Below the pieces are notes generated by a model. It was given only the letters and a program-made list of their open reading frames with translations. It was not told the DNA's origin and did not search any database. From Eledone cirrhosa (Eukaryota): a stretch of DNA of 64,000 nt. Numbering within the stretch: position 1 is the first letter of the stretch; every line of letters begins with the position of its first letter. Below, in pieces: positions 42,927 to 58,767 of the stretch. The stretch lies in assembly GCA_964016885.1 (NCBI GenBank), contig OZ024743.1:4340001-4404000 (forward strand). The letters run 5' to 3'. A program made the translations under genes and the position numbers.

Positions 42927-44072
42927 TGTGTGTATGTGTGTATGTATGTGTAATTAATCAATTATATTATAGCTTTCAAGTGAATCGAATGCCAGGGGTT
43001 TCGTGCTTAAATGCACTTTTCAGAAGCTTAAAAAGTATATCAACTATGAAACCTCCGACCTGGGAATCTCTATATCTTGTCAGCTAAGATAAACTAAAAT
43101 ATCCATTACTCTACCCATATATGCACGCATACATACATACATGGTGGCTGCCAACTCGTCTTTGAGTACGGCCACTACTTTATATCCATGTAGGAGAACC
43201 CCTACCGATGCGCTGAACGAGTGTGACTTTTTAGTCCAGCCAGGGACTTGAAAACTCTGGTACAAACACTACACTTGTGACAATTTCTGACACATAGTGC
43301 TGGGCCCATGGTACCATGTGACGACAAGTGCAGAGAGATCTCCAGATATAAAGCAATGCCTGTGCCGTGGAACTTTTATAGTGAGCAAAGGCACTGCACA
43401 AAGCCAGTCCCACTCTCTTAACCAAGATGATATTTACATACTTACATACATACATAATGGTTTTTTTATTTAGGCACAAGGCCAGCAATTTTTGGTGAGG
43501 GAAAAGTCGATTAAATCGACCCCAGTGCGTGACTGGTACTTTATTTTATCCCGATAGGATGAAATGCAAAGTTAACCTCGGCGGGATTTGAACTCAGATC
43601 ATAAAGGGCCATAACTCTATGCTGCAAAGCATGGCATCCGACCCTCTATCGATAGTGCCATCCCACCGCCCTATACATACATATATGATAATAATGAGTT
43701 GGAGCGGGGTGTTAAAGTATCATTATATTTAAATATCATTAAAATACTAAAAATTTTTTAAATATTCTCCCCGTGGTGTAAAGATAACGTTTAACGGAAG
43801 GGTAGATAAAACAGGACACGTCTTAAGGAGTGTTAGAAAGAGCCCAGGCGAATCTATTTTATATATTATAATTTAGCCCCGACAAAGCTGCCCACATACA
43901 TGCGTGCGAACCTCATACATCCAAAGATGTATCTATGTTCTCTGTTGTTTCTGCTGGAATCCGCTGGACGGCGCTAGCTGTCAGCCTTCTACTCATAGGT
44001 GGGCTTTCAAAATGTTTATATATTAAACACACCGTGTGTCTTTGGATGTACGAAATCGCATGCATATACACT

Positions 44073-44197
<125 letters not shown>

Positions 44198-44692
44198 GTG
44201 TTTAAAAGAGAGAGTTCCACGTGTCTAAAAACATACGAATGAATAAAAAAAATATAGGTGATGAGAGGAAAATGAATGAATAAAGGCAGTTGAACAATGA
44301 GATACGTTGTTTCAATACTCTAAGGTCAATATAACTGGCTATAGTGCACAAAGGACAAATGGATAAAGGACAAAACGATAGCCTTATTGACTATTAGCAA
44401 ATTTGCTACTAACCCGATGTTCTGCAACTGAAAAGATATTGAGAAGGCCAAACATATCGATTAGCCAAGAAGTAGGATAAAAGATAGAGAATATACAAAA
44501 TACTAGTTTGTTTCTCAATTGATATTTTCTATATCGTTGCTTGTTGTATCTACCCTTTTAAGACTTAACATCTAAACAAACTGACAATAAGTTTATTAAC
44601 TCCTGCAGTTTCAACAGCAAGATCCGAACTCATATATATATAAATTATAACGCACCAGACTATTAGGTTTTGTCTAGGATCGCCGTGTTCCT

Positions 44693-44749
<57 letters not shown>

Positions 44750-45029
44750 AAGTATGTATGTATACGGTCATACATATATGTATACAGACGTACAGTAGTA
44801 TGTATATATATACATACATGCACACACATATATATATATATATGCACGTATCGGTTTACCGACCATTTATTATAATGCTCCGTTTGTCTGTAAACAAACA
44901 AACAGCCCGAATTATGCCGTACAGTGTTTAGGCAACCACGTCACCTTTTTGTTCAACACTGACACAGGAACGATGTACTAGTTTCAAGCTTATTAGCTAT
45001 CGTCAGCATCGTATACCTTCCTGCCAGAT

Positions 45030-46180
45030 GATTGAACGTCTGAAAGTATATACTTTCCTTATGCATATTAAAAATGGTAAATAATGACACAAATGGGACC
45101 TGCCCCTTGTACAGGAGCAAATTTTGGAATGGAATAGAAAGAACTAGGAATAAGGCTAATAGAATAAACTCATGGTATGATAGCAATAAATACAAGAGTG
45201 TAATGTTCATCGATACAACCCCTAGAGGTGAATTAGCTTACAAATTTAGAAGGGCTCTAGATAAACATAAACTCAATATTAAGATAGTAGAAAGACCAGG
45301 TACCTCCGTAAATACACTTATTAGCAAGACATACCCTTTTCAAAGAGCCCCCTGTATAGATAAGAAATGTATAACCTGTAAAATAAGCCCCCATATTAAC
45401 TGTAAAACTAGAAATGTAGTGTATAGCATAAGATGTACTGAAGGACAATGTAGAGACAAAAATATAGTGTACATGGGTGAGACAGCTCGTAGTGTAGGGG
45501 AACGGATAAATGAACACTGGCGAGACCTTCAAGATAGTAAAGAATCATCTGTACCAACATGCTAAAATAGAACACAAGGGTAAATTAGAGAACATAGAAA
45601 TAAAAATAGAATCTACACACAGAAAAGACGCAATGTTTAGACAAATTACGGAGGCAATAAACATAAAAGAATTACAACCAAAATTAAATAGAAAACATGA
45701 GTGGAACAGCAACATCACAACTTACAATTAAGGACAAAATGAAAGCACACACACACATAGAACAAACAACCAACCTGTAACATGTAAATAAACAAATAAA
45801 TAAACGAATATAAACACACACAGACACCCGGATGTGGCGCATGCGCAGACTGAGCACACAACACACACAGAGAAACAAAATGGCGTAGGACAGAACAAAG
45901 GAGAGGCACAAAAACAAAGAAAAGAATCCCCAGTCACTGAAGAGGTCACAGAATGTGTGACGAAAGAACTTTGACAATATATAAACAACTATCTGGTTGT
46001 GGAACCAACCAACCAGAAATTTATAAATTCCTAAATTTATAAATTTATTATAATAAATTGAAGTGAAAGCAACTGGTGCGTGTGTTTCTTATTGGCAAAT
46101 GACCCTCCCAAAGTATAACAATATCGGTTTCAACACACGATTTCAGATAAAGAATCTTGCTAAACAAATTCAGAAACGAT
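45030..46180 (+). mobile_element. 5'-truncated PLE (Cys-rich linker + GIY-YIG, frameshift near 45550) with HHR at 45932-45976
   Basis: CIDKKCITC..NCKTRNVVYSIRC..C..YMGETARSVGERINEH; GTCA-CTGAAGA-GGTCACA..TGTGAC-GAAA-GAAC-TT|TGAC; tail shared with 7620-7690 and 34060-34195. Confidence 0.85.
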
Positions 46181-46425
46181 ATATATATATATATAAGTAA
46201 AAAGGAAAAGAAAATGCTGACGAATTTTTCCCAGTGAAAAATAGTTTAATTAGGAATAAGTATAAATTAGTCATAAGTATTAGTTAGTATTCAGTTTTAG
46301 TTTTAAGTTTTTACCGGTTGCGCATTTCTTATGCTTTTCAAAAATAATTTTGAGATAGAGTGCTCGTGATTTTTGCTCTAATCTGATATATCACAACTCG
46401 TGTGTCACACCTCTATTTTTTATAT

Positions 46426-46500
<75 letters not shown>

Positions 46501-46502
46501 AA

Positions 46503-46556
<54 letters not shown>

Positions 46557-46586
46557 TATATGTATATATATATATATATATATGAA

Positions 46587-46639
<53 letters not shown>

Positions 46640-47630
46640 GTATATATATATATATGAATATATGTATAGTATATATGGTTGTCTATAGTATATATGTTTA
46701 ACTAAAAACATTTAGAAGACTATTCACAATCAGTTTTAAAGTAGTGACTATGTCACTTCGTTATTTTTTTCGTCAAAGGTTGGGAGAGAGGCTGACAGCT
46801 GTTTCTCGCTGGTTGGCATTTATCAAAGCCACGCACTGACCTGCATTTGCTGAAACTTATAGCAGCTGGATTCTTATAGAATTCCAGTAATAATCAAGAG
46901 CTGATTACACAGAGCGATTGCCGGTCCAGCAAAAATTAGGTGTTAGTATCGGTGCTCTGAAATAACGATGTATACATGAATGTATGTATAGTATATTTGG
47001 CAATACACCGTATGTTTAGCTCCTTATTATTACTAGAATTCTATAAGAGTCCAGCTTCTAATTATGGATTTATGTATGTACCATGCAATATAGAATAAAA
47101 TTGTGTTTCGTTTAAAACATGTTAAATAGAATTCGGAAATAGAAATAAAAATGCAATATTTAAAATGAATAACCTACTGAATTTGTAAAGAAAAAGAGAT
47201 ATGTCACATCTGTTTTGTTGTAATTATAGATTGGCAGTATCGGTAGAGGGTCAGACGCCATGCTTTCCAGCATAGTTACATCCCTTTACGATCTGAGTTC
47301 AAATCCCGCCGAGGTTGACTTTGCCTTTCATCCTTACGGGGTCGATAAAATAAAGTACCAGTAATGCACTGGTATTTTGCTGGCCTTGTGCCTAAAGTAG
47401 AAACAATTATAGATTGTATAACCTGGGGTAAACGATGAATACTTAATTTTACTACTGGGGAAAGGACTGCTTTAAATCATTATACAGCAAAACGATTTCG
47501 ATTTTAGCAAAAATGTTTTTAAACATTTGTTGTTGGTTTTGTCACATCTGGATCAATTTCTCTTTCTCTCTCTCACACTCTCTCTCTCTTTCTCTTTCTC
47601 TCTCTCTTTCTCTCTCTCTCTTTCTCTCTC

Positions 47631-47688
<58 letters not shown>

Positions 47689-47776
47689 TAGGCACTTTAC
47701 CAGAAACAATTTGATAACAATTTGCAGCTGTGACTGCATCAAAGCAGATTGCATCTTTATTTGTCTGTTTCTTTGT

Positions 47777-47856
<80 letters not shown>

Positions 47857-48155
47857 GTATATATATACATATATATATGTATGTAAAAGGTAAACAGAAA
47901 TAACAACACAATCGGTACAGTATATTGAAGGAATATATTAGGTTAACGCTTGAAATAGCAGGAAGAGGGTCTTAACGTTTCGGACGTTAGTCCTTTATCA
48001 GAAGAAAGAATGAGAAATAAAATAGATTAAGGGGACGGGCGAGATGGAATTGGAAAAAATGTCTTTAGATAAAAATAATAGGTCCATTCATGTTGACATC
48101 TCTTGTGTGTGTGTGTGTTTTTGTTTGTGTGAGAGAGAGAGTGAGAGAGAGAATG

Positions 48156-48237
<82 letters not shown>

Positions 48238-49245
48238 TCTGTATGTTAATTGACAAATCTGCCAGTACTCGCTTTCAGACTTGCAAACTCATCAAAGCCT
48301 ATCACTATTGATGATATTAATACCCTTAATAGTGAATGAGTTTAGTAACACAGAGGAACAAGTTACTTGCTGCGATAAAACCGTACGAATTCAATTTGCA
48401 ATTCCGAAAAGGTGAAAACCATTTAATAGTGGACGCTGGAATCGTGGATACAACACCCGATTTAGAGTTTCTTAGTAATCAAATAGTTAAAATGTATAAG
48501 AACTTAGTCATGAAACCAAATTTAGTAGCCTCACATGGGTATTATTAATTAATATTTTTGTTTTTCTTGTGTTTTCTTCTAAAATTTATGAAGACAAACT
48601 TGGAAATATTTAAAGAGGATCTTGACTACTGCAATTATGCAAATTATGCATCTATTAGAAAGCTATTTTGTTCTTTTAATTTGACACAAATATAAAGAAA
48701 CACACTCCAATATTTCGCAACGATTACATAACTGAACACACAAATGAAAAGTTATGTGTCATATAAGAAACTTTTTTGAGATTGGTCGATTTGCACAAAA
48801 GGCAACGAATTGGCAAGTCGTTAGAACGTCGAATAGAATGTTTTATGGTATTCGTTCCGGCTGTCGTCTGTCTTCTTCTGTCGTTCCGAAATCTGCTGTA
48901 CTCAGGCCTGGAGACGGATGGGCTCCGCCAGGATTCAGATACAAGAGAAATGCTGTATGTTAATACGGATCCCCTAGGACTGTACAAGTACACCATTTGC
49001 ACACAACACTATTTATGGCGGTTGATTTCTTATGAATACCCTGTCAGTTCGGCGACAACAATTCTGGATGTTTTAATGGAATTCATGAATATGTGCAGAA
49101 GCAATCATACAACAGCTACGTGATAATGCTAGAACACTAAAGTGATCTCTCAAACAAAATTTCCCATCGACTTATAAACATTAAATTACGAAACAATTCA
49201 GTCAGAGAGAATAATACCTGTATCATAAGAAAAATTGCATATATA

Positions 49246-49297
<52 letters not shown>

Positions 49298-51394
49298 CGT
49301 TTTAGATACCACCAACATGAAATAATTATATATAATATTCAACTAATTGTAACACATCAGTTTAACTGACTCGGATAGATTATATCTTTTGCTGGAAAAT
49401 TAAAATATCAATGCGCTACATCAATGATACTGATCTGTTGGCACGAATTTATCTCTGAAAACGAATATCATTTACTTGATAATTAATTCTTTTATTCGCT
49501 AGTCGAATGTAATTAGACAAACAAACTTAAGGATATTAACAGACACGTACAATGTTTCATTTCTTTTTGTCACTTAATATTCCTTCGAACTTATGTTCTA
49601 TATTATCCATTCTTGAATATTGAGGATTCATCAATATATAATTGTGATTATTTAACAATTTTATTGCATATTCTGCGATGAATGAATAACACAATAGTTT
49701 AGCAGTCAGTATACATAATTGAATATTATTAGATATTATTAATTATCTTAAAACTACTTCAGGTAATTAACCTATTTAATTTTGCCTATTTAGAACCATC
49801 TACTATATCCCAATTTTGACTATTAAACGGTGACGTTAAATTCTTTTTGAATGAGTTATTGGTAGTTACGTGCCTATAGACATATAGACATAATGTTTTA
49901 ACATAAGTGGATTTTACAAATTAAAGAAAAATGAAATAGTTTAATCCTATATTTTCCGTACCGATGTTCTACATACATTTTTAATATTGTTTTTTTTTTT
50001 CTTGTTTCGTTTTTTTTTCTGTCCAGCTCCAGGCCAGCCATGATCAAAGAGAACGACGAGCAAGGCATTTCCAGAAAAGGCCATATCATCAATTTATTTC
50101 AGACCCCTCCTTCTGATTATTACAGAATGATCTGATTTGGGAGAATTTTATTATCTATATTTCATATTTTAAGTCGGCCTAATTACTACGTAGAAGCTTA
50201 CTTGACTAGGCTCACTGCTTGGTTTCGAACTAAAATTGAAACAACTTCACGGGTTCATCTCGCTAGAATCTTTATCTCGTGATTTTATATATTACTGTTA
50301 TTTTACTAAATAAATATTTTATTTTTGGTACCGTGTGGGTATACATTTGATGGAATCTAAGAAGTATCTTACAGCTTATATTTGTTGACGAAACTCCAAA
50401 GATATCTTAAAGAACTTGGACTTTCATCTAAAAAGATACGGAGAAAAATATGAAAATATTTAACAGGCTTATACAGTTTCTGCAAATTTACTTCCAAGCA
50501 CTTTTATAAAATTTACATTGACTAAACAGAAGTACATTTTTTAAGAATCACGGAATCGATATTAGTTAATTTTAGTACTTATTGTATTGCCTTTGGAGCA
50601 AGGAAAGATCATATTGTTCCAGTAGACAGTTAACTAAGATTGCAGAATAACTAAAGAAACTGTTGCTTGAAATTTATTGTGGAGCTCTAATATTTTTACC
50701 AACTCGCAATCCTACGTATATGTAATTTGGCAGTAAGTGCTTTGCATTTTTAAAATACGTCTACAGTCAAACATAACCATCTTACTTCGTAGTATGGTTA
50801 TGCATATACAAAATTGTAAAGTACCCGAATGAGCGAGGCATGCAGAGAAATCGTTTACACTGTTAATCCTTATTTCATTTAATTCAAATGTATGCTATTA
50901 CTAACGTAGAATATACTATTATGTATAACAGTGGCAAGATTAGAACAAATATAGCATAACATGTTAGTATTTTTCGAGTGTTTTCAATAATGTTAAACTA
51001 ATATGGATATGTATTTAAACAGTTATTTATATTTTTCCATTAGTTTATCATTTGCTTCATCTTCAAAACACAACAATAATACAGAACAAAAATGCTACAA
51101 AGATTACGATAGATAATTTTGTTCATCAAATATTGATGTTCGTTCTATCTCAGAGAGGATAGTTAGCTAGCCGCAACTTCTCAACAATTGGAATCTCAAT
51201 AGTGTTATCAAGATAACTAATTTAGATATCTACCTTAGAATTAGCCTTGCCAATAGTTATACTTATTGTTTGCATACATAGACATATAAAATACATATAC
51301 GTGCATACATGCATACATGCATACATGCATACATACACACACATACATACATATATATGTGTGTGTATATATAAATATATATAAATATATATAT

Positions 51395-54005
51395 ATGTAA
51401 GAGTTCTATTTAAATTGTTGGGATACAACAAGCAAATATTTTTATAACTGATATAAAGCACTCAACAAATATTTGGAGTAAAAATACGATATTAACAAAT
51501 GGAAACTATATTTATAAAACCATATTTATTTCATTATACATATTTCAAGGACACCAAGTTAAATTATGGTGTGCTTTCATCAGATAAAATATAATATAGA
51601 TCAGTTTTATAAATAAATATTGACATACCCTTAAAGAATGCAGCTATTACTGTTGGAAGCTCCCGGATAGTGGAGTTATAGCATTAATTATTAGTATTGG
51701 ATATTTTAAAAATAAGCCATTGGGTTACGGAGAAATAGAAAGATAGAGAAGGAAAGAGAGAGAGAGAGAGCAGAATAAACAGAGAGAGAAATATGGAGAG
51801 AGAGAGGAGACGGAAAAAATGAGGGAGAACGAAAAACTCTAAGTCATATCTTGTTGAGTTAACTTAACAATTGAGATGAAATGAATAAATAAAAATTAGA
51901 AATGTTAATAATCATGAATGGAATATACATATATAATATGAGAAATTTAACCATTGTTTAAATATAAGATGTTTAGTTAATCAGTTAAATATTGAGATCA
52001 ATATATTAAAAATTGGGATCTATATATTAAGAAATCCATATATTATTAAAGATCTATATATTACATGACACGTATACACATGCAAAAAATACGTACATAT
52101 AAATATATATACACACTTATAAAAATACATATACATATCTAACTACGTATATAACATATACATACAAAATATAAAGGATTCTTTAATTTAATTTAAGATA
52201 TAGGAATCTTATAAAATGTTAAGATATTAAAGGAAATTTTATGTTATACACACTTTATGTTATTAAACCAAATTTTTTAATATAAGTTTTATAAGATTAC
52301 CTGTTATGTATTTATGGCAGTTATTATATGTCTTTTTGTCACGAATCTTGGGATAATCACTATACATAAGTGCGATCGAATTATATGGATAAACACGCAC
52401 ATGTACATACACAATTCCCACATATACATACATATATGTACCCTCACAAATAGGTAGATACGCATCACGTATATATAAACATACAGATAGACATACACGC
52501 ATAAAACATATGTACATGCATGTCAATGCACACATATACATATGTACACACATATAGAGAGAAGTACATATAAATAAAGTACATAGTATAATTGAGTACA
52601 TAAAATACAAAATAACTATATTACGATTTGGAAATATAATTATAAGCAATATAACTTTAAAATCAATATAACTTTAAAATATTATAGAATATTTCAAGTT
52701 ATAATTTCAAAATAATAGTATGTTTAATATATTTAGTATAGAAAATTTTCTACGTATATTTAACTTAATTTTATATCCATAAGAAAAATAAACAGAAACT
52801 TTGAAAGGATAAACTTTCGAAAATAGGAGAAGCTATCAAATAATAAAAAATAAAAAAATATAAGAAATATCAGAAATATTTTCTCCCTTCAAGAGCTCTC
52901 AGCATATTTCTCTAGAATAGTTTATTATATTTATTTAGATTTAGGAAGAAAAGTTATTTTTACTTGAGTGTATAATCATTCAAAAAGGATGAAGGAATCT
53001 AATGATTTATCGACAGGTTAAATATATGTAGAAAATTTTCTATACTAAATATATTAAACATACTATTATTTTGAAATTATAACTTGAAATATTCTATAAT
53101 ATTTTAAAGTTATATTGATTTTAAAGTTATATTGCTTATAATTATATTTCCAAATCGTAATATAGTTATTCTGTATTTTATGTACTCAATTATACTATGT
53201 ACTGTATTTATATGTACTTCTCTCTATATGTGTGTACATATGTATATGTGTGCATTGACATGCATGTACATATGTTTTATGCGTGTATGTCTATCTGTAT
53301 GTTTATATATACGTGATGCGTATCTACCTATTTGTGAGGGTACATATGTGCATGTATATGTGGGAATTCTGTATGTACATGTGCGTGTTTATCCATATAA
53401 TTCGATCGCACTTATGTATAGTGATTATCCCAAGATTCGTGACAAAAAGACATATAATAACTGCCATAAATACATAAAAGGTAATCTTATAAAACTTATA
53501 TAAATTTGGTTTAATAACATAAAGTGTGTATAACATAAAATTTCCTTTAATATCTTAACATTTTATAAGATTCCTATATCTTAAATTAAATTAAAGAATC
53601 CTTTATATTTTGTATGTATATGTTATATACGTAGTTAGATATGTATATGTATTTTTATAAGTGTGTATATATATTTATATGTACGTATTTTTTGCGTGTG
53701 TATACGTGTCATGTAATATATAGATCTTTAATAATATATGGATTTCTTAATATATAGATCCCAATGTTTAATATATTGATCTCAATATTTAACTGATTAA
53801 CTAAACATCTTATATTTAAACAATGGTTAAATTTCTCATATTATATATGTATATTCCATTCATGATTATTAACATTTCTAATTTTTATTTATTCATTTCA
53901 TCTCAATTGTTAAGTTAACTCAACAAGATATGACTTAGAGTTTTTCGTTCTCCCTCATTTTTTCCGTCTCCTCTCTCTCTCCATATTTCTCTCTCTGTTT
54001 ATTCT

Positions 54006-54076
<71 letters not shown>

Positions 54077-54354
54077 CTCTCTTTTTCTTCTCTATCTTTC
54101 TATTTCTCCGTAACCCAATGGCTTATTTTTAAAATATCCAATACTAATAATTAATGCTATAACTCTACTATCCGGGAGCTTCCAACAGTAATGGTTGCAT
54201 TCTTTAAGGGTATGTCAATATTTATTTATAAAACTGATCTATATTATATTTTATCTGATGAAAGCACACCATAATTTAACTTGGTGTCCTTGAAATATGT
54301 ATAATGAAATAAATATGGTTTTATAAATATAGTTTCCATTTGTTAATATCGTAT
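51395..54354. mobile_element. Non-coding Naiad pLTR insertion forming a long inverted repeat (arms 51483-52764 and 53017-54354)
   Basis: Arms are near-identical; sequence is homologous to the 3' UTR at 29716-31425; HHRs at about 51525-51592(-) and 54246-54312(+). Confidence 0.92.
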
Positions 54355-55137
54355 AAATATATATATATATAAGAGTAGTAATTGTTTCTACTTTTGGGAA
54401 TAATAAATTTGAAGACTAAAATCCAAAGAGGGCTCGATAAGGATAAATATATATCAAATATATAAGAACCGTAAAGCAAATACATATTAAAATAACAGAT
54501 TAAAGTTTAAGCAAAGAATCGCTGCTTTCACCCTTAACGAGATCTTCTGAAACTCATATATATATATATATATATATATGTAAAGTTATATTTAAAATTG
54601 TTGGGTTACAACTAGTAAATATTTATAACTGATATAAAAGCACTCGACAAATATTTGGAGTATATTTACAATATTAAATAAATGGAAAACTATATTTATA
54701 AAACCATATTTATTTCATTATATATATTTCGGGGATATCATATTAACAATATGCTATGCCTTCATCAGACAAAATACAATATAAACAGTTTTATAGATAA
54801 ATATATTCGACATACCGTAATAAACATCAACTTCATTTGAAGAGGTTTACTCACGCAGTGAAAATACAGAGAGAAAGAAAGAGAGAAAGAAAAGAGGGAA
54901 AAATGAAAGAAAGAAAGACAAAACGAAGAGAAGGAAGAAAAAGAAGAAAAAGAAAAAGAAGAAATGCATGGAACAAAATAGAGAGATGGAAAAAATAGAT
55001 AAAGTGAAGAGCTTCATGTAAAGAGACAGAAAGATATATATATATATATAGAGAGAGGAAATAGAGATAGATACATATATATATATAGAAAATTAGGTAG
55101 TGGGAGGTCATTTTGAGTAAGTGTATCAATGATACAT

Positions 55138-55172
<35 letters not shown>

Positions 55173-56305
55173 GCTCAAGTATTAATGTAAGGGAGATATA
55201 TAGAGAGATATAGAGAGATATAGAGAGAGAAAAAAATTTAAAAATATCCAGACATATTCGAGGCGTAGAAAACCCTATGTTTTAATGTATTAGTATTTAT
55301 AAAACTTACACTACACTGTAAATATCAGTATTCCTGAATGAAACAAGTATTCACAATGTGTGAAAATTCATTATCTTATGTTTAGTTTTAAAAATTCATA
55401 TGTCTATGTGACAGCTACAAATCTCAATGTGAATCCAACTAATTCACTCCGCAAACTCTAAGTTATCGGAAAACATTCTCAATGTGGTATAAAAATTTGA
55501 GCGTATTATTATTCTTGCGATTACTCTACAAGATTATCTATCAAGCAGAAATAGAGAGCAGATTTCAATATACTAATCGAAAATATATATTATATTATAA
55601 ACATAATAATAAGTAAAAATATAGAATAGAAAGCTAAAAAAAAAAATATTACGAAAGAATATTACATAATAAAAATATTGCATATTAAAAATACTACGTA
55701 TTAAAAAATATTACGTATTAAAGATTTACATATAAAAATTTACATATAAAAATATACATATAAAAATTTACATATAAAAATTTACATATAAAAATATATA
55801 AAAATATTAAAAAAATAAAATAAAAAAATAAATAAAATAAAATAAAAATAAAAATATTATAGAATACTACAATACTAAAAGAATAAAAGTAAAAATAAAA
55901 ATAAAAATAAAAATAAAAATGAAAATAAAAATAAAAATAAACCACAAAAAAAACAACCCTTCAGAGTTAATTGACAATATATTGCCACGTTCACTACAAG
56001 ACAAAGCCAAAAATTATCTATCAAATCACATCTGGCAAAGAATATCGTAAAAAGATTATGATGTTCAATTATGTCTACATATGTTCCTATGTTTAATATA
56101 GAAGTTTATCTAGTGTAAGGTTAATTCAAAAAATTTGGAGCATCGGCTTTTAGGGTAGCTTAATTTTTCATGAGGAATGTTTAGATAAAAATAAAAATAA
56201 ATAAAATATAATAACAATAAAAAGAGTAAAACGAGGGAATCAAAGTTTAGGAATCAAAAGATTTATCGGCTAGTTCTCATATAAATATAAATCAAACTAA
56301 ACATA

Positions 56306-58520
56306 CTACATTTTAAATTTAAATTTATATTTAAACGTTGAGTTTAATCTATGTTTGCAACAACTGAATAAATTTGTCCGTAGGTTAAGGGAGTTTTTAG
56401 ATTTTAGTATAAAGAATATCTCCTCTGCACAGAGGTCACATGTCTCAGAGGATGAATTAAAAGGAATCCCTCTTGAGACTATATTCCAAGCCGTCGAATA
56501 TCTAACGTTATCTAGCTTAAGTTGCCAGAGTACCCCTGATAGTGCCGTTGAAGATTTTTTATTTGGATCTGTGAAAGAATTCTTGTGGTTATTATAGCGA
56601 AGTTTAAATTCCGTCGATGTGGAACCGACGTAGTTAAAAGAATTAGAGTCAGTATTAACATTACAATTGTATACTATATTTTTAACTAAGCAGTTGTTAT
56701 TTAACGGACATTTAGATCTATCTCTACAGTTACATTTGTTAACTTGTATATTATTTATGCTATTATCCGTAGGTTTTAAGTTCCTATTATTTATTCTATT
56801 AATATTTTGTGCTAAATTTTTGGTGGATGAGTAGGTTAATTTAATTGTATGCCTATTGAAGATTGAGTGATACCTATGTGTTCTAGGGAAGCGATTATCA
56901 AGAGCTTTGAAAAATAATTTAGCGATGTGGGTTTTAATGTTTAGTGAGAAAGGGGGGGGCAAACCAAATTATGTTCCTAGTTCTATTTCTTTTTTGTCCT
57001 TTGGAATTATTGTAATGCTTTCTATTATAGTTGTTAATGTTGTTGCCGTAATTAAAAAAGTTGTTACTTTGTTTAGTTTGTCTATCATTATCTATGTATA
57101 CAATCTTATCAGCATACCCTGCCCTAGCTAGTGCATCATTATAGTATTGGGCCTTTTCGTCAAAAATCTTTCTATTCGACGAGATCCTAGAGATACGTTT
57201 TTGGACTGAGTTTACTATAGTGTTTTTGACAGATCTGGGGTGGTTAGAGTTAAAGTTGACATAGTTTAAGTTTTCATTCAACTTGTGAAAAGGATAGTGG
57301 AGACATGTGTTGAGATTTAATGTTATATCTAGGAAATTGACTATTCTATGGTTGTTCTCAATTTCTATTTTAAGGTTAAAGTAATTAAAAAATTTTGTAA
57401 TTTGTTTACATTTTCTATTTAGTTCAGGGTTATTATTATTAATAAGTAAAAGCATGTCATCCCTATATAAACCTCCGGTAGTACCAGGTATTTTCCTATG
57501 TAGCGAATTGATTAAAAATAAGCCCACAAGGTCAGTTACCTGAGCTGAGTCGGAAGATCCCATAGTTATGTCAAAATTGCTATCTCTATCTGCTCTAGTC
57601 CATAATTTGTCATTAAATTCTATCAGAGTTTTCCTAGCCGATAATATAATATGCATTTCTTTGCTAGTTAGGTCCGTATGTTTGAATGCGTAATTTAGTG
57701 CCCTATTTAGTAGACTAGGGGTAATAGAAGAATAATAGTTAGCTATATCAAGTTGAATAAACCTATTATTATTGTCATATTTAATTTGCCTAAACCACTC
57801 AACAACCTCTCCAGTTCCCTTCCACAAGCTCAGGTTAGATACACAATCCAAGTTCTTAATTTGCAGTATCACCCTGTCAAGAATGCTTTTACTTAATTTT
57901 CCCAGGTCCGATTTTGAAGGTGCGATCAATCTCACTGGCAGGTCATTTTCAAAATTGCTCTTGTGGTCCTTCATATTGATCTTCGGTTTCCTGGGCACGA
58001 AAGGTTGTGTTCTGTTCTCAATTTCCAACTCATGCATTATACAAGATGCTTCAACATTCATTTTCTCAAGTTCGGCCTTATCTGCTACCTTGTATTTTTT
58101 CCTCAGCTCTTTCAGTATGAGGCCATTATACATGTCTTTCCGCACTCCATAGAGGTTGTTGGTCTTGTCAGATTTCACCAAGATCTTCTCAGTTTTCTCT
58201 AAGCTCTCAATGTTATTCTTAATGCCCTTCAGATATTCCTGGCCTTTAAAGTTTCTCTTAAATTTGACCCCTTGTATGATAGAAATTATATCGTTTTCAA
58301 AGTCAGATAAAAGTTTGTTAGGGGGTGGATTTCTTTTAGATTTGAAAACTTTGTTTAAGTCCGAGATATTTTCGTCTGCATTAGATTTATCAAAGTGGAA
58401 TGCACGCCACCTGATTCTCCTTATAAAAGAGTCAGATTTATCTATTAGTTGTTTTACAAAGTCTTTGTTTCTAGGTAGAGGTATGTCTTTTAGAGAGGAA
58501 GTAATCTTAAAGAATTCCAT
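56306..58520 (-). CDS. PLE reverse transcriptase / GIY-YIG endonuclease polyprotein (~737 aa), split by one extra base in the G8 run at 56952-56959
   Basis: SDKT, RLI, QLDIANYYSSI, ITMGS, YRDD, FLDI RT motifs; CNCRDRSKCPLNNNC, IVY..YVG..R..NH, CDLC..E, CCKH; the paralog at 29020 reads WFAPPFSLN in frame. Confidence 0.92.
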
Positions 58521-58699
58521 TTTTCAGTTATAATATAAAGCGCTCAACAGTATTGGAGCAAGATACATGTAAAGTTATATTTAAAATTGTTGGGTTAGAA
58601 CTAGTAAATATTTATAACTGATATAAAAGCACTCGACAAATATTTGGAGTATATTTACAATATTAAATAAATGGAAAACTATATTTATAAAACCATATT

Positions 58700-58767
58700 T
58701 ATTTCATTATATATATTTCGGGGATATCATATTAACAATATGCTATGCCTTCATCAGACAAAATACA
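58700..58767 (-). ncRNA. Type I minimal hammerhead in the 5' pLTR, predicted cleavage between 58708 and 58707
   Basis: TATTTTGT-CTGATGA-AGGCATAGCATATT GTT AATATGATATCCCC-GAAA-TATATA-TA|ATGAAATA. Confidence 0.75.

Noticed and set aside
56306-58520. Selenoprotein Naiad with UGA at conserved cysteines
   Set aside because: All conserved Cys positions are ordinary Cys codons here and in the CxC..C..C motifs of the other copies I translated
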